DNA of 63,988 nucleotides, filler included, from Perkinsus olseni (taxonomy: Eukaryota), in assembly GCA_013115125.1 (NCBI GenBank). It is 3 parts of 3 records of this genome, joined end to end, with 100 filler letters (N's around TTAATTAATTAA, not from the genome) between each part and the next. Parts side by side here need not be neighbours in the genome. Positions count along the whole stretch, not along the records: positions 23,607 to 47,088 come from JABANN010000520.1; positions 47,189 to 63,988 come from JABANN010000669.1; 1 more part is not named here. One strand, written 5' to 3'. The position numbers were made by a program, and so were the translations under genes. The notes beneath the pieces are model-generated. The model saw only the letters and a list, made by a program, of their open reading frames with translations, had not been told where the DNA came from and did no database searches. How positions within the stretch are numbered: position 1 is the stretch's first letter; the number at the start of each line of letters is the position of its first letter. Shown here piece after piece: positions 40,726-52,058 of this stretch.

Positions 40726-42708
40726 TTAAGATGGTCGCATCTCCGCTGGTTCAGGTAGCTGCTCGGGCGAGGGAAGGCATTCGAGAGGAGTTGAGGACAT
40801 TAATCTAACACTGGGCGGCACCTTGTCAACCGTAATGTTATGACGAACCACGAAATTTTCATGACGTGACGCGATATCGTAGAATGCTCGGAGTAGGATA
40901 CCATCGGCTGCTCGGCGATATGGTACCGCATATCGCATCAGGAAATCGTTGCATTATTATCCAATTGTACAGTTCTCCGAGTGGCCAATATTATTAGTTT
41001 TGGAGAATCACCCAACCGACCGTTGTCAACGGCTCCATGGTTCTTTTCCTCGCGAGCCTCTGCGCTCGAGCCTTCTACCCCAAGCCAGCTTCGCTTCACC
41101 GGGTGAACTTCACCCCTTTGCTGATCAGCTGCGAAGGGTATGACCTGAGCTTATTGGGCTCTCGTCTCTGCGCAGGACCACCGAAAGTCCTGGTCGTTTC
41201 CTACTGACCTTGGCAATGCCAGCATGAGTTCCACGTCGGTGGCGCCGTGGCAGTGTGAGGTCTCGACGCTTACTGTGGGCACCTAGTGGGACTCTTTCCC
41301 CGACGGGGTGGCAGTTCTTCTTCATCCAGCAGAACACGCAGGTTAGCGTCCGGTACTGAACAGTATGATGAGCGATGTTACATCACCCGACTCTGACTAT
41401 CCAGAAGCCACTGTTACCAGTTTGACACTGGTTAGCCTGTCGTCTGACGAAACGGGAGTATTTCTAGCTCCGGGAAGCATGGCCTACGACATCGCCCAGC
41501 TACACCCGGAGTAACGCTTCTCCGCCGACGGGTTCAGCTCTCTCATCGGATCTGTCTTCGCACACGGGCTGGTCTGTGGTCACTCCTCAGTAGGTTGAGG
41601 AGCTTAGGCTTATGCGGGGAATTCTGGGAAGGTTTTAACCTTGTGTTCCAACCGGAGGCGCAGATGTCAATGTCAACTATGTTAGAAAATGTCTCCCCTT
41701 GTTAAGCCGTTTGGCCGTGGAAAACTTCGAATGCAACGCGCTTCGGGTATTCTCGCCGATGATCTGGCGGGTAGCTACTATCTCGGAGAAATCGACCCTC
41801 TCTACAACATTGATAACTTCTCCGAGGTTTTGCTGCAGCTTTGCGGCCTAGAAATTGATCGCAAGTTGCGTGTATGAACTCATTGTAGTTGTGCAAGTGC
41901 ACAACTATGAAACCTAAACTTAGCTGATGCTAGTAGATGATCCTACAATTGTAGTTCAATAATAGACAGAATCTCCGGATTCCACTCAGCCATTCACCAA
42001 AGTTTCCGAATTGTTTACACTCATTCGACTTCCGGGGAAAACTCGGATTATTCAGAGTTCCCTCTAGCTAATCGGTAGCATCGATAATCTTACGGTAAGA
42101 GTATCGCTGAGATTATCACCGATTTGCGCGAACAAACGTGTGAAAAAATGTCTAACTATGATGGAATGTTCCACTTTTCTGTTACAGGTACCTTCTGCAC
42201 GTACCGGCTTGTATGACTCTGCCAACGTCGTGGTCGATCGCCCGAGCTCGCTCAAGCAGCTTGAGCCAAGTTGTGGCAGTCCCATCCGAGTTAATCCGGG
42301 TTTTCTGCCCCTGGAATGCGTTCCTTTCATCTCTCTTAATTCGGACCTCAGGTTGACTGTTGAGTTCAGTTTTACGGAGGGATTTCACGTCAAGATAGAG
42401 CATGAGTGTCAAGCGCTCCGTCGGAGCGCTCGGCGAGCGCTGCGCCCGGGATAGTGTTTCTTCCGAATGCGAGAATCTAGCTTTGATAATGTTTGCGGCA
42501 GATGTTCCTTTTTGTTCGAAATAATGGTCGCCTCCGAGCTGCCTCCACCAAGCTGGCAACGTCTACCCCAGTAAGGGTCGGTATGCGGCTGGACACGAGA
42601 GAAGAGTTGTGGCGATTGATTGAGCACAACACGACACTCTTCAACCCGTAATTTCGCGGCGAACTCGCTGAACTGCTGCTGTACACAGCACCGTGACCTC
42701 AGGTACAA
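40726..42708 (-). CDS. Possible spliced hypothetical protein
   Basis: Several minus-strand exon-like ORFs (42182-42559, 42409-42708, 41125-41337, 40726-40938); no recognisable domain. Confidence 0.3.
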
Positions 42709-44327
42709 GCTTCCACACGTGTTGGCGGCGTTGCGGAGATTCTACGCTCCTGGCGACCCTCAGTGGGATTCGGAACAACTGAAGTTGTAGGATGGGACAG
42801 GAATTTTCTCAGTGAGCAACCCCCGGAATTATGCCTGCGTACTATCGCTAAGGTGAATCAGTTAAACATCGATGACAGTTGTAGTACTGCAGTAGCACGA
42901 AATTCGTGCCACGAATACCGTACTGAAAAAGTTATAACTTATAAGGTATGGGGTCTTGGAGCATTCATGCAGACTTTGCATGGACGGATTTTGTAGCGAT
43001 TGATTGTCGCCGATAATTGTCGGTTATCGATTATACATGGGTGAAATCGATCATGTCCTCTCTCCACGTCGCCGAGCACCAGTCGATGATAGCTTGCGGC
43101 AGACTGCAGCTGCCAGTGGCAGAGCGCCCGAGGATCGGGCGTTTGCAGCGTTAGAACTCCCGACCCAGAAGTTGTGAAATAGCGAAGGACCGGATGAATG
43201 ACGCCTTAGGCGTCACGCCTAAGTCACCCATCTACTGTACTGCCCGCCGGGCTCGCTCCCGGGAGCGCCGCTGCACTCCCGGGCAGTGCTCGGAGTGCCG
43301 AGTCGGTGCCCAGTAACGGCGGTGTCGTGAGGCCCTCACGGTGAGGGAGAGCTTGTAGAGGTTGCACCGTGCAGCGTCTAAACTGACTTGAGACCAAGGT
43401 ATTTTCAACAACACTGTTGACTCATATTGAACAGCTCTTCTCAATGAGAAGCTCTTTTCATTATAGCTTGTCCAGGGCTCCGGATTCAAGGACTTCGAGA
43501 GCTATGTCATCAGTCTCAAGCTTGTCAACACGATCTCCATAGTCCCCGAGGTATGGGAAGAACTAGAACCCTCTTTACGGAAGTTCATCATCACGGGCGA
43601 ACTATACTCGAACATATGTGCAATGATATCCGGCAGAGCTATCAGTATCTCTCGAGGCAGCCTCGACGAGGCCGCAGGCCTCATTTCTGCAAATCATATA
43701 CCGATCCAGCTCGATAATCCAACGGGTGAGAGAAGGAACAAATACATCCGTGGATACTTGGCAGAGTTTGTCTACCATGGGATTCCTGAAACGGATAGAC
43801 CTGGGTATTCCATCCTCTTGGCACACTGACGAGGACGTCGACATGGGGCACGCACGGTATCGGAGGTTCTTCGGCGGTTACCTGTTCTTGAATGCCTGTC
43901 GGATAATCCGACTCGGGTTCGTGAGTTAACAGAAAAATCTTGCCCTGTCAACAGCAGCATTGGAATTGTACTACATAATCAGGCTAAGACTCTATTGGGA
44001 GACGCCTGTATCCAGGGTCTGGGTCTGCGTCAAAAGTATTGACGGGAGTAATGCGAGGGTGCTAAGAGGGACGTCGTGAACAGTGCAGTTGTCACACATG
44101 ATGTGTTCTAGGATGTCCCATGTTCGATGTAGTTTGTTCGTTATTGGGAAAAATGTAAAATTTTGTAAATCGCACACTTCGCATCGTATTTCGTCCTGAA
44201 CCGGCGGTCCTTCAGGTACTTTCAACGCGCGACGAAATGCATGTCTCGTTTTGTCAATGTCATGGATATGCGCTCACCCGAGCTCGCTCAGGCCGTGGTG
44301 AGACTTGAGGGAGAGTAGAGGTGCGTC

Positions 44328-45968
44328 ATGCCGTTTTTTCAGGATCTGTGCCGGAAAGTGGGTACGGCCGAGTCGAGAGATCTAGGAGAGACGATTATCA
44401 ATACGATCATCACGACTATGCCTGCGATGACACTAGACAAAGCCTCTCGGTATATGTACGCCTTCGCGCGCCACGAAATTGTCGACGTCCGGTTTTGGGT
44501 CGAAGCGTCAAGTTACGTTCGGAACTGCGGAATGGTACCGAGGGACTCCAACGACCTCACTACACTGGTGTACTCTTTTCGGAAGGCCTGTGTGGCTCAC
44601 GACCCGATCTACGACTATTTGGCTGAGCTGGCGACGGAGCAGCTGGTTTCTGGCCTGAATCCTGTGCAAACTCATACTTGCTTGGCGACGTTCACGAGGG
44701 TCGAGTTGAAAGATACGACGGTAGTCCAAAGATTAGTTGATCATTTTACGGAGCTGGTGGAGCGAGCCGAAGAGTTGCAGCCGTCTGCGATGGCGAGCGG
44801 TTTGAAGAGATCTCCGATGCTTGTGTGTGCGGAGGATATCCTTTCGGCTGCGGTGTCGATTGCTCGAGTACCGGACATGGTCGATTCGTCTAAGATGATG
44901 AAGGCATCGATCAACTTGGCGTGGCGAGATTTGACTGTACTCAGCAGCGACGAGATAGTATCTTTTCTGTGGTGCTTGCGGCAAGTGCAAGCCGAGGAAA
45001 CGGAGGAGTTTTTTAAAGCGGCGGTTCAAGATCTACTGAAGACCCAGCCCGCGGACGGAGAGAAGGAGAATTTGAGCGCGGTTAAATTAATATGGCTGTG
45101 CGAAGCGTCGGAAATCTGGGCGACTCCCGAGGAAGTTTCCCGGTTGATTGTTCGGTTGCGGAAGTTGCTTCCCCAGGTGGATTCCTGTGGGCTGATGGCC
45201 CGTCTTGTAGCTTCGGTAACGAAACTGAACTCCACTGTTTGGGCTGAGAATGGCCCGTTTACTGATATGATTCTTTCGAGATGCTTGGACTTGGTCGCGG
45301 AGGCCCAGGGGCCGACGGTTTTAACTGATATATGTAACCTACTATCGCTGTTAGTTGACATTCGTCCGGAGCAAGCGAACGAGTTGGCGCTGAAGGCGCT
45401 GGCGGGTCGATCGCAGACGGAGCGATCGACTGCGATGAGAGTGCTGGGGATACCAGAGCCGGAGGGGGTGGACGAAGTGGCGCAAACTGAGGAGGTGGAG
45501 GAAATTGTCGCGGAGGTCGAGCCGACGCCGCTGGCAGAAGATATGAAACGGGAAGATTTCGATGAGATTTACACGAGGTTGGCCGCAGCCTTGGCGAGCT
45601 CGGAGGATTCTCGAATTTCGGAAGTGGTGGATCGGCTTGCGGAGGTCGTAGTTGATGGAACGCTAACGGCGGTGCAGTTGGTGTCGATCACTGAGTTGCT
45701 GGTCGGGGAGGAATTTCGTGGCGCGCGACGGTTGGGCGGAGTGTTGTATCTATTTGAGAAGATCGGGGAGGCGGCGGTGACGAGGATGGGCTCGATGTCG
45801 ACTGAGTTGGCGGTTCAAATGATGGCCAACTTCGCACTTTCTGGTGTGCCCTACGTTTATCTGTTTGAGAACATCGTTAAGGATAGAGCGGCTACCATGT
45901 CCCCAATACAGGTGAGTATCTTTTATTCCGCATTGGGCGTGCTTCGAGCTCCTCGTGCGTCTCCGTAA
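44328..45968 (+). CDS. Large exon of an alpha-helical repeat protein (HPR/RAP-associated-like); gene probably extends from about 43.0 kb to about 46.3-46.7 kb
   Basis: 546-aa ORF with ~37-aa helical units (e.g. ASRYMYAFARHEIVDVRFW, LTTLVYSFRKACVAHDPIY, THTCLATFTRVELKDTTVV); donor GTGAGT at about 45912. Confidence 0.6.
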   Translation: MPFFQDLCRKVGTAESRDLGETIINTIITTMPAMTLDKASRYMYAFARHEIVDVRFWVEASSYVRNCGMVPRDSNDLTTLVYSFRKACVAHDPIYDYLAELATEQLVSGLNPVQTHTCLATFTRVELKDTTVVQRLVDHFTELVERAEELQPSAMASGLKRSPMLVCAEDILSAAVSIARVPDMVDSSKMMKASINLAWRDLTVLSSDEIVSFLWCLRQVQAEETEEFFKAAVQDLLKTQPADGEKENLSAVKLIWLCEASEIWATPEEVSRLIVRLRKLLPQVDSCGLMARLVASVTKLNSTVWAENGPFTDMILSRCLDLVAEAQGPTVLTDICNLLSLLVDIRPEQANELALKALAGRSQTERSTAMRVLGIPEPEGVDEVAQTEEVEEIVAEVEPTPLAEDMKREDFDEIYTRLAAALASSEDSRISEVVDRLAEVVVDGTLTAVQLVSITELLVGEEFRGARRLGGVLYLFEKIGEAAVTRMGSMSTELAVQMMANFALSGVPYVYLFENIVKDRAATMSPIQVSIFYSALGVLRAPRASP

Positions 45969-47088
45969 GCGCGTGTGAAGGCGAATGAAAAATATAATGC
46001 TCCAGTGCCTCGACGAGTTGCGCGAGGCGCAAATTGGCTGGTCGCTCAGCTCATAGGACTCTTGTGGATTTGAACGAGCTTGTTGGGCCCTCCTTCCCAC
46101 TCGAGCTCTCAGGCTATTCGAACACTCGAAGCCTGCGCGTCGCTGCGGGTAAGGATACCTAAAGAGATGGCTTTGTTAGTTCGGCAGTGTCTGGAAGGGC
46201 CAAACGCCTTGGTACGATTATCAAGCAGTCACGCAGTGAGGTGATGGTCACTTGCACTCTTGCATTTTCTCAACGCTGGGCTCCTGCAGGTTATTGACTT
46301 GTACTTCGGCGTTACGACTGGCTCCTTCGAGTGATCGGCAAGGAGGTGACTTCGTGTCGAGGATTCTGGACAGGTCGGACTTTCAAGTGTTTTTGGACCG
46401 TCCGGAGCCTGGCTTCACGGTGTGATTTACTCGATTATTTGCTCGTATTTCGATTTGAGATATGAGAATGCTAAGGAATCGAGGTTCGATAGTTGCTGGT
46501 AGCACCGGCAAGTATTAAAGTACACGGACAGTGCCTTCCCCCTCAGAGTGATGGATGCCGAGTTGTCGCTAATTCCGGTGCAGGCGACGGTGAAGCTGTT
46601 CAACAGCTGCTTCCTGCAGGCCTATACACCATCCGATCGGTGAGACCGCTTGCCAGAGGATGGGACCATATTTGGCACAGATGCGAGGGTTGTTTCCAAC
46701 AATTCGTTGTTTAACTTCGCGCGGAAATCTGGAAGTCTCCTGCATACCTCCTCCGCACATCCTGCTTGATGGTTTCGTATGAATGTGTTATGAACTAGTA
46801 TTTTCACTATGATAGAAGAAAACTGGAGGACCTTAGTTCCTTCGGAGCAGACTGCGTATCTTTTATAGTGAGAAATATATCGTTGGAATACTTTCGAACG
46901 GATTTTCTTCTTGATTACCACTCAGTGAGTTACTCACTGAGACTACTGTAGACTGAGTAGTCCACTGTAGACTACTTAAATAGATGGTTTGCTACTACTA
47001 GTTAGATCTGTTCCTTCAACTACAGGGTGTTCCAATTCGATATGCAAATCACAAAAATCAGTCTAATTCAGCACATACTACGTGTTTG

Positions 47089-47188
47089 NNNNNNNNNNNN
47101 NNNNNNNNNNNNNNNNNNNNNNNNNNNNNNNNTTAATTAATTAANNNNNNNNNNNNNNNNNNNNNNNNNNNNNNNNNNNNNNNNNNNN
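47089..47188. other. Artificial contig linker / assembly gap
   Basis: 44 N + TTAATTAATTAA + 44 N, identical in design to the linker at 23507. Confidence 0.97.
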
Positions 47189-48070
47189 ATTCGATCCCTG
47201 CCGACAGCAGTGTTGTTTGTGGCAGCACTTCGGAGTTCGAGATCGTTCAGCGAGGTGACGAGATTGTACGGAGGAAGCGGCGGAAGAAAAAGGAGCGCGC
47301 CAAGGACTTGGACTTCATCGACCGGAGCGAAGAATTCAACACGGGCCTCTTTGCTACCGCTGACGAGCCGACGCTGCGGTTCAAGAAGGTGGTGACACGA
47401 AGGTTCGGGGCGAAGCTCCGAGGGCACCCGATGTTCCGAGAGGACGTCCAACGGCAAGAGCAGGAAAATGGAGAGCATGTTGTAGAGTATCAAATGTAGT
47501 TGCAGCGGCCCTAGCCGCCGACACCAAAGTCCTTGCGTTTGACAGTGCCACGACAACGAACGGAAAACTCGGTCGTTGCCTGTTCGCATGGAGACAAGCA
47601 GCAATGTCTGAAAGAACGTGCTTGAGGCAGAGGGCGAAGAGTCCTCTCGAGGGCCAGAGGCCGGTTGGCCGAATGACGGCCAACCACTTGGCGATATTCA
47701 TCCTATTCCCGCACGGCGCTGGGTAGGGAAACACCACTCCGTGACTGTGAGGTGGGGATGCCTCGGTAGATGTTTATTGAGTGCAAGACGTACTCGCACG
47801 GGCCTTCGAAGTAATCACGAGAGATGCACAGCACTGACACCTGCCGCCCGAGTGGCGATATTTACAATCGTCCAGGCCACGCCAATAGGATGGCTCGGCT
47901 CAGACACGACAATGGCACCGCGCTTAAGTGGCCGCGTTCTCCTGTGACTCGCATCAACACAACAGGGCCGGGTGGTGACGAGGTTTCGATCACATTGAAG
48001 TGAATGAAGATGATGATGATGATAACAGAGGAACTTACAGAACAACGTGACGGAAGGCTTCGACAGCTGC

Positions 48071-49930
48071 TCACTTCGCGTAGGACCACAGCGTGACGTT
48101 CTGCCGATTGGTCCTTCCCTTACGGCTCTTCTGTAGCATGTTGCTTCTGACCTGCGCCTGAAGGGACCCGGAATTCACCAGGAACAGAAAAAACATCCGT
48201 ACCTTTTGCGCTTCAAAGTCCATAAACCGCATGGACTTCAGCAAGGACTTCGCCTGTCGCTTCTGCTCCTGAAGAAAATTCGACGGATGAAAAGCTATCA
48301 CTGCCTACAACGCTTACCCTGTAAGTCTTTATGCTCGTGATAGCGCCAGACTGGTCGCCACCAGCAATGGCAAGCATAGCGTTCTTCTGCTGCGGCAGAG
48401 CTCTGCGGGGCTCATGCGGTTTATCACCAACTCTAAAAACCGTGCAATCAACACGATATGTGGGAAATTTGGTATTACCTGTTGTTGGTGAGCCGTTGCT
48501 TGTAGATGTAAGCGTACATACGATGAGTCGCAACCTTGCCGTTGGGAAGGCGAAGAGACCCGTCATCGCTGCGAAAAAACTGTGATCAGGGGTGGCCAGC
48601 TATGGGGAAGTGCTTACAGAATCTGAGCTCTGTGCAGTCCAGTTTGAATAACGGCTTCATCGAGGTCCTCTTCGTCACCGCTGACTGACCCTGAGAACAA
48701 CGTACGCTCATAACACGTTCATCTTCAACTGTCTGACAGTTGAAAGCCAAGATTAGTGAAAGGAGTGGTATTTCATCCCGACGATGCCATATTATCGTGG
48801 CTTAGCCGGCACACGGCATTCTACCGAACCGCTACATCCCTTCTGCACTCCCGCCTTGTTTTTTCCGCAGAAGCACAGCGAGGCGGCAGCATGAACTAGC
48901 ACCGTCTATTACCAATTTCTGTCCAGTCATCGCTGTCGTCATCGCTGTCATACTCTTCTTCCTACACGAGTGAGGATATACCAACAGTCACCAGACTTTA
49001 CCATCCCTACCTCCCCCTGATTGCCGCTCTGCAGCTCCAGGTACGAAGAGCTGAAGTCGTAGAAGGGGTCCAAGTCTGCTAGCAACTCATCCGTGTCCGT
49101 GCCTGAAGATGAATCATCAGACGATGGTGGCGTTGGTGCATCAACTAGTACCAATTCTCGTGTGGTTCATATCCAGCATATGGGACTTGACAGCGCCAAC
49201 ACCGCTGTAGATCTTGTTACAATACAAACCTGGAAGCAGCAAAGGGGAGTGGACACTCAGAAAAGGGGAGATGCCTACATTGATGTCGGTCGTAGATCTT
49301 GTCAGTGAGCATGGCGAGAAGGCCGGGCAGGTCCTTGAGATAATCTATTTCCGGGATGAAGAAGGAGTACCTACCGGCGCTCCATCAACGGCGCCTCCTG
49401 TGAGCTGTGTATTACTTGAGGCTCATGTAAGCGAGATTGTCCTCTACTGTTTCGTGCTGAGTGTTGTCGAAGAGACAGGTCTTGTCATCACGGACTATCT
49501 CCTCCTGCGGTTCACTCGCCGCTTCCCGTCGCTCTCTGTGATGCTCCTGAGAGCCTGGCACGACACACGTCGTACAGCCCGATATAAACCCGGCTCAGTC
49601 ACCTACCCTCCTCAACCCTATGTTTGAGATGGGCAGTGCCCTTATTGTCTCCCGCGCTCTCGGCCAGCTTCTTCAACTGCTCCATTCGGGCCGTCCACAC
49701 TTGCAGGGAGATTGGCGCCAAGCCCGCAACCTTCCGCTTGGTGTTGTAAACGTGGAAATCTGCCCAGAGGCCGTCGATGAGGCTCATCATACCGAATCGC
49801 CCTTACCTGATTTATAATGATCCCGTTGCTCAGCACTGTCGATGAATTCCAAGTTGCAAGCGTTGCAGCGGAACTCGTTGGTGAGCTCGGACGGGTCCAC
49901 CGTCGTGGCCGCCGTAGAATGTGATGTCAT
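48071..49930 (-). CDS. REI1/ZNF622-like pre-60S maturation zinc-finger protein, multi-exon
   Basis: N-terminal FRCNACNLEF..EQRDHYKS|..HVYNTKRKVAGLAPI; later LDPFYDFS region and a basic C-terminus (QEQKRQAKS..RSNMLQK). Confidence 0.85.
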
Positions 49931-50976
49931 ATTAGTGAAAACAGTAGACACTGAAGGGAAATAGTTTTAAACCTTTCTGTGACAACTTGGTCGATTTGGC
50001 CGCCGCTCCACTGGATGGAAGAAGCCGGCTACGATAACTTCTTTCACCGAGGACGCTGCAATGGCACAGAGAATTCATAGATAGAGCAAAGCGATAGATG
50101 GTAGTATAACACAAAATTCGCTAGAGAGATTCCCAAAGAGCATAGCACTCACACACGGCGGTTTAGAGTCTCTACAAGTACCACCCAGCAGCTCCTGCGA
50201 ATAAGACCGTTGTGCGATACTAAAATTATCGCGATTTCCGCCGTGAGACGTTGAAATCGATCGTAAGTTCCGAGATAGCGACACTCCGCAGGGTTGTGGT
50301 AAAACATCTACCCTCATTTATTCATCGTGGCCTCCGACGGGCCCTTCCAGAAAATTTTTCGAGGGGCGGAGCGAAGCGTGATATGTTGTACATTTTCACC
50401 TTTTTTTTCTTGAAGCTAGCCTTTACAACGAGAAGGTGGTATTAGAATATGCCACACAGTGATTCTGGGCTCAAAGACTGAGGTAGACGAATTGAATTGA
50501 GATACTTGAGAAGGCTGTGGTACCGTAGAAGGCAGGTAGTCGGGTTTTTGAAGGTAATGGCCAGCACTACGGGACGGCGGAGGAGGCGGTACGGAGCCAC
50601 GAACACTAGGAGCCAGCAGAACGCAGTAGATCCAGCAAGCGGTTCTCCTACTGCGGCCACGGAACATGTAGTACTACTGGGCCGACGCCTAAAGACGATT
50701 GCGGTGATTGAACTCGAGTAGATGGCACTCCAGGTTTTCCAACATAATTCTGAAACTCATCATCGATTCTGGAATTGATTTTTTAAACGTAAAATGCGGT
50801 TCCAGAAAGGATTCTGAGTCTCAGAATCGGTTTCTTCAACGACCCCTTTGTCGCAAAATACTCGAACTTCCCGTCAGTGGCGTTGAACGCTTTTCTTTGG
50901 TGTTCGAGATGGGCAGACAGAAAACTGTTCTCAGGGAGAAGCCCAACCTCGGCGTGGCATCGATGACCTCTTCCTC

Positions 50977-51852
50977 ATGGTTGCCAGCAGCAATCCCAAC
51001 CGAACTGACGCGGCTTTGTACGGCATCCCAAGCTCCCAACCCGCCCCTACAGGGTCTCCGAGCACTGATGATGGCGCTAGGGGATCTACGGGCAACGCTT
51101 CGACAACAGCAGCTTCTAAGGGAGGGCAGCAGCCACCGCCAGAGAAGAGAAAACGAGGCCGACCGAGAAAAAATGGCGGGCTTGAGGGAGGGGTTGGACA
51201 ACCCGCAGTGAAGCGGCAGAAAGCTCGGGTCATCGACAACTCGGTTCACGAGATCAGAGTCACCCTGCAGGCGCTTCGGAGGCTCTTTGCCGAGTACGAG
51301 AAGCGGTTAGAATCGAGCGGGCCTGTTGTCAACTTTGAGGAACTGAGAGCATCCTTGGGTCCACGATTGGAGCCGTGCGAATTGTCACCTATCGATCTGG
51401 AATTTATCGTCAACGAACTCACAGCTAGTAAATACCGACCTACTTTGGGCGTTGTTCTGATGGAACGTCCCGGGTCGTTCCAGCCGTCTACCCGACAGGT
51501 TGGTCGCCCTGGTCTGGGTGAGGTAGGTGAACGGTTGCGGCAGTTGTGGAAGGAGCATAAGGAGAACACTCCTGTTTCTGGTGATGACGTGGCCGCGGAT
51601 CGAATCCGAGCTAACGGGGCGGTACGGTGGCTGAAGGGTTGCGTTACTACGAGCACGCTCAGCTCAACTGCATGGGACTACTGGTCGGCTGCTGTTGCTT
51701 CACCGGCGAGGCCGAGTGGACGCGCTAGGCTATCGTCATTCAGTGCGATGGAAGAAGCGAGCCCGTATGGTTTTGGTACGGCGGACCGGCGGCTTAGCAC
51801 GGCGACGATATCGCCTATTGTGGGCGGGGGAATCTTCGAGACGATCTATTGA
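50977..51852 (+). CDS. Hypothetical nuclear protein with AT-hook-like motif
   Basis: 291-aa ORF from ATG; contains KRKRGRPRK. Confidence 0.55.
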   Translation: MVASSNPNRTDAALYGIPSSQPAPTGSPSTDDGARGSTGNASTTAASKGGQQPPPEKRKRGRPRKNGGLEGGVGQPAVKRQKARVIDNSVHEIRVTLQALRRLFAEYEKRLESSGPVVNFEELRASLGPRLEPCELSPIDLEFIVNELTASKYRPTLGVVLMERPGSFQPSTRQVGRPGLGEVGERLRQLWKEHKENTPVSGDDVAADRIRANGAVRWLKGCVTTSTLSSTAWDYWSAAVASPARPSGRARLSSFSAMEEASPYGFGTADRRLSTATISPIVGGGIFETIY

Positions 51853-52058
51853 AGTTGTGGTAGGCGATCTGAGTTGACTCGTAGTTGCTGATGACGATGC
51901 TGCATTCTCGGTATAGTAGTGTGAATTAAAGAGGAGGAGCATGTTGCACAGCAGCAATACCATGACAGCTCGGCGCTGCTATTCTCTCCGGCTATTGCGT
52001 TCGTACGGGAAGGGAGAGGTGGCCGTTGGCAGCTGCAGGCTTCATCCACTTTACCAAT

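Noticed and set aside
41364-41447. C/D-box snoRNA (ATGATGA...CTGA)
   Set aside because: No convincing rRNA guide; the box C overlaps an apparent short minus-strand intron.
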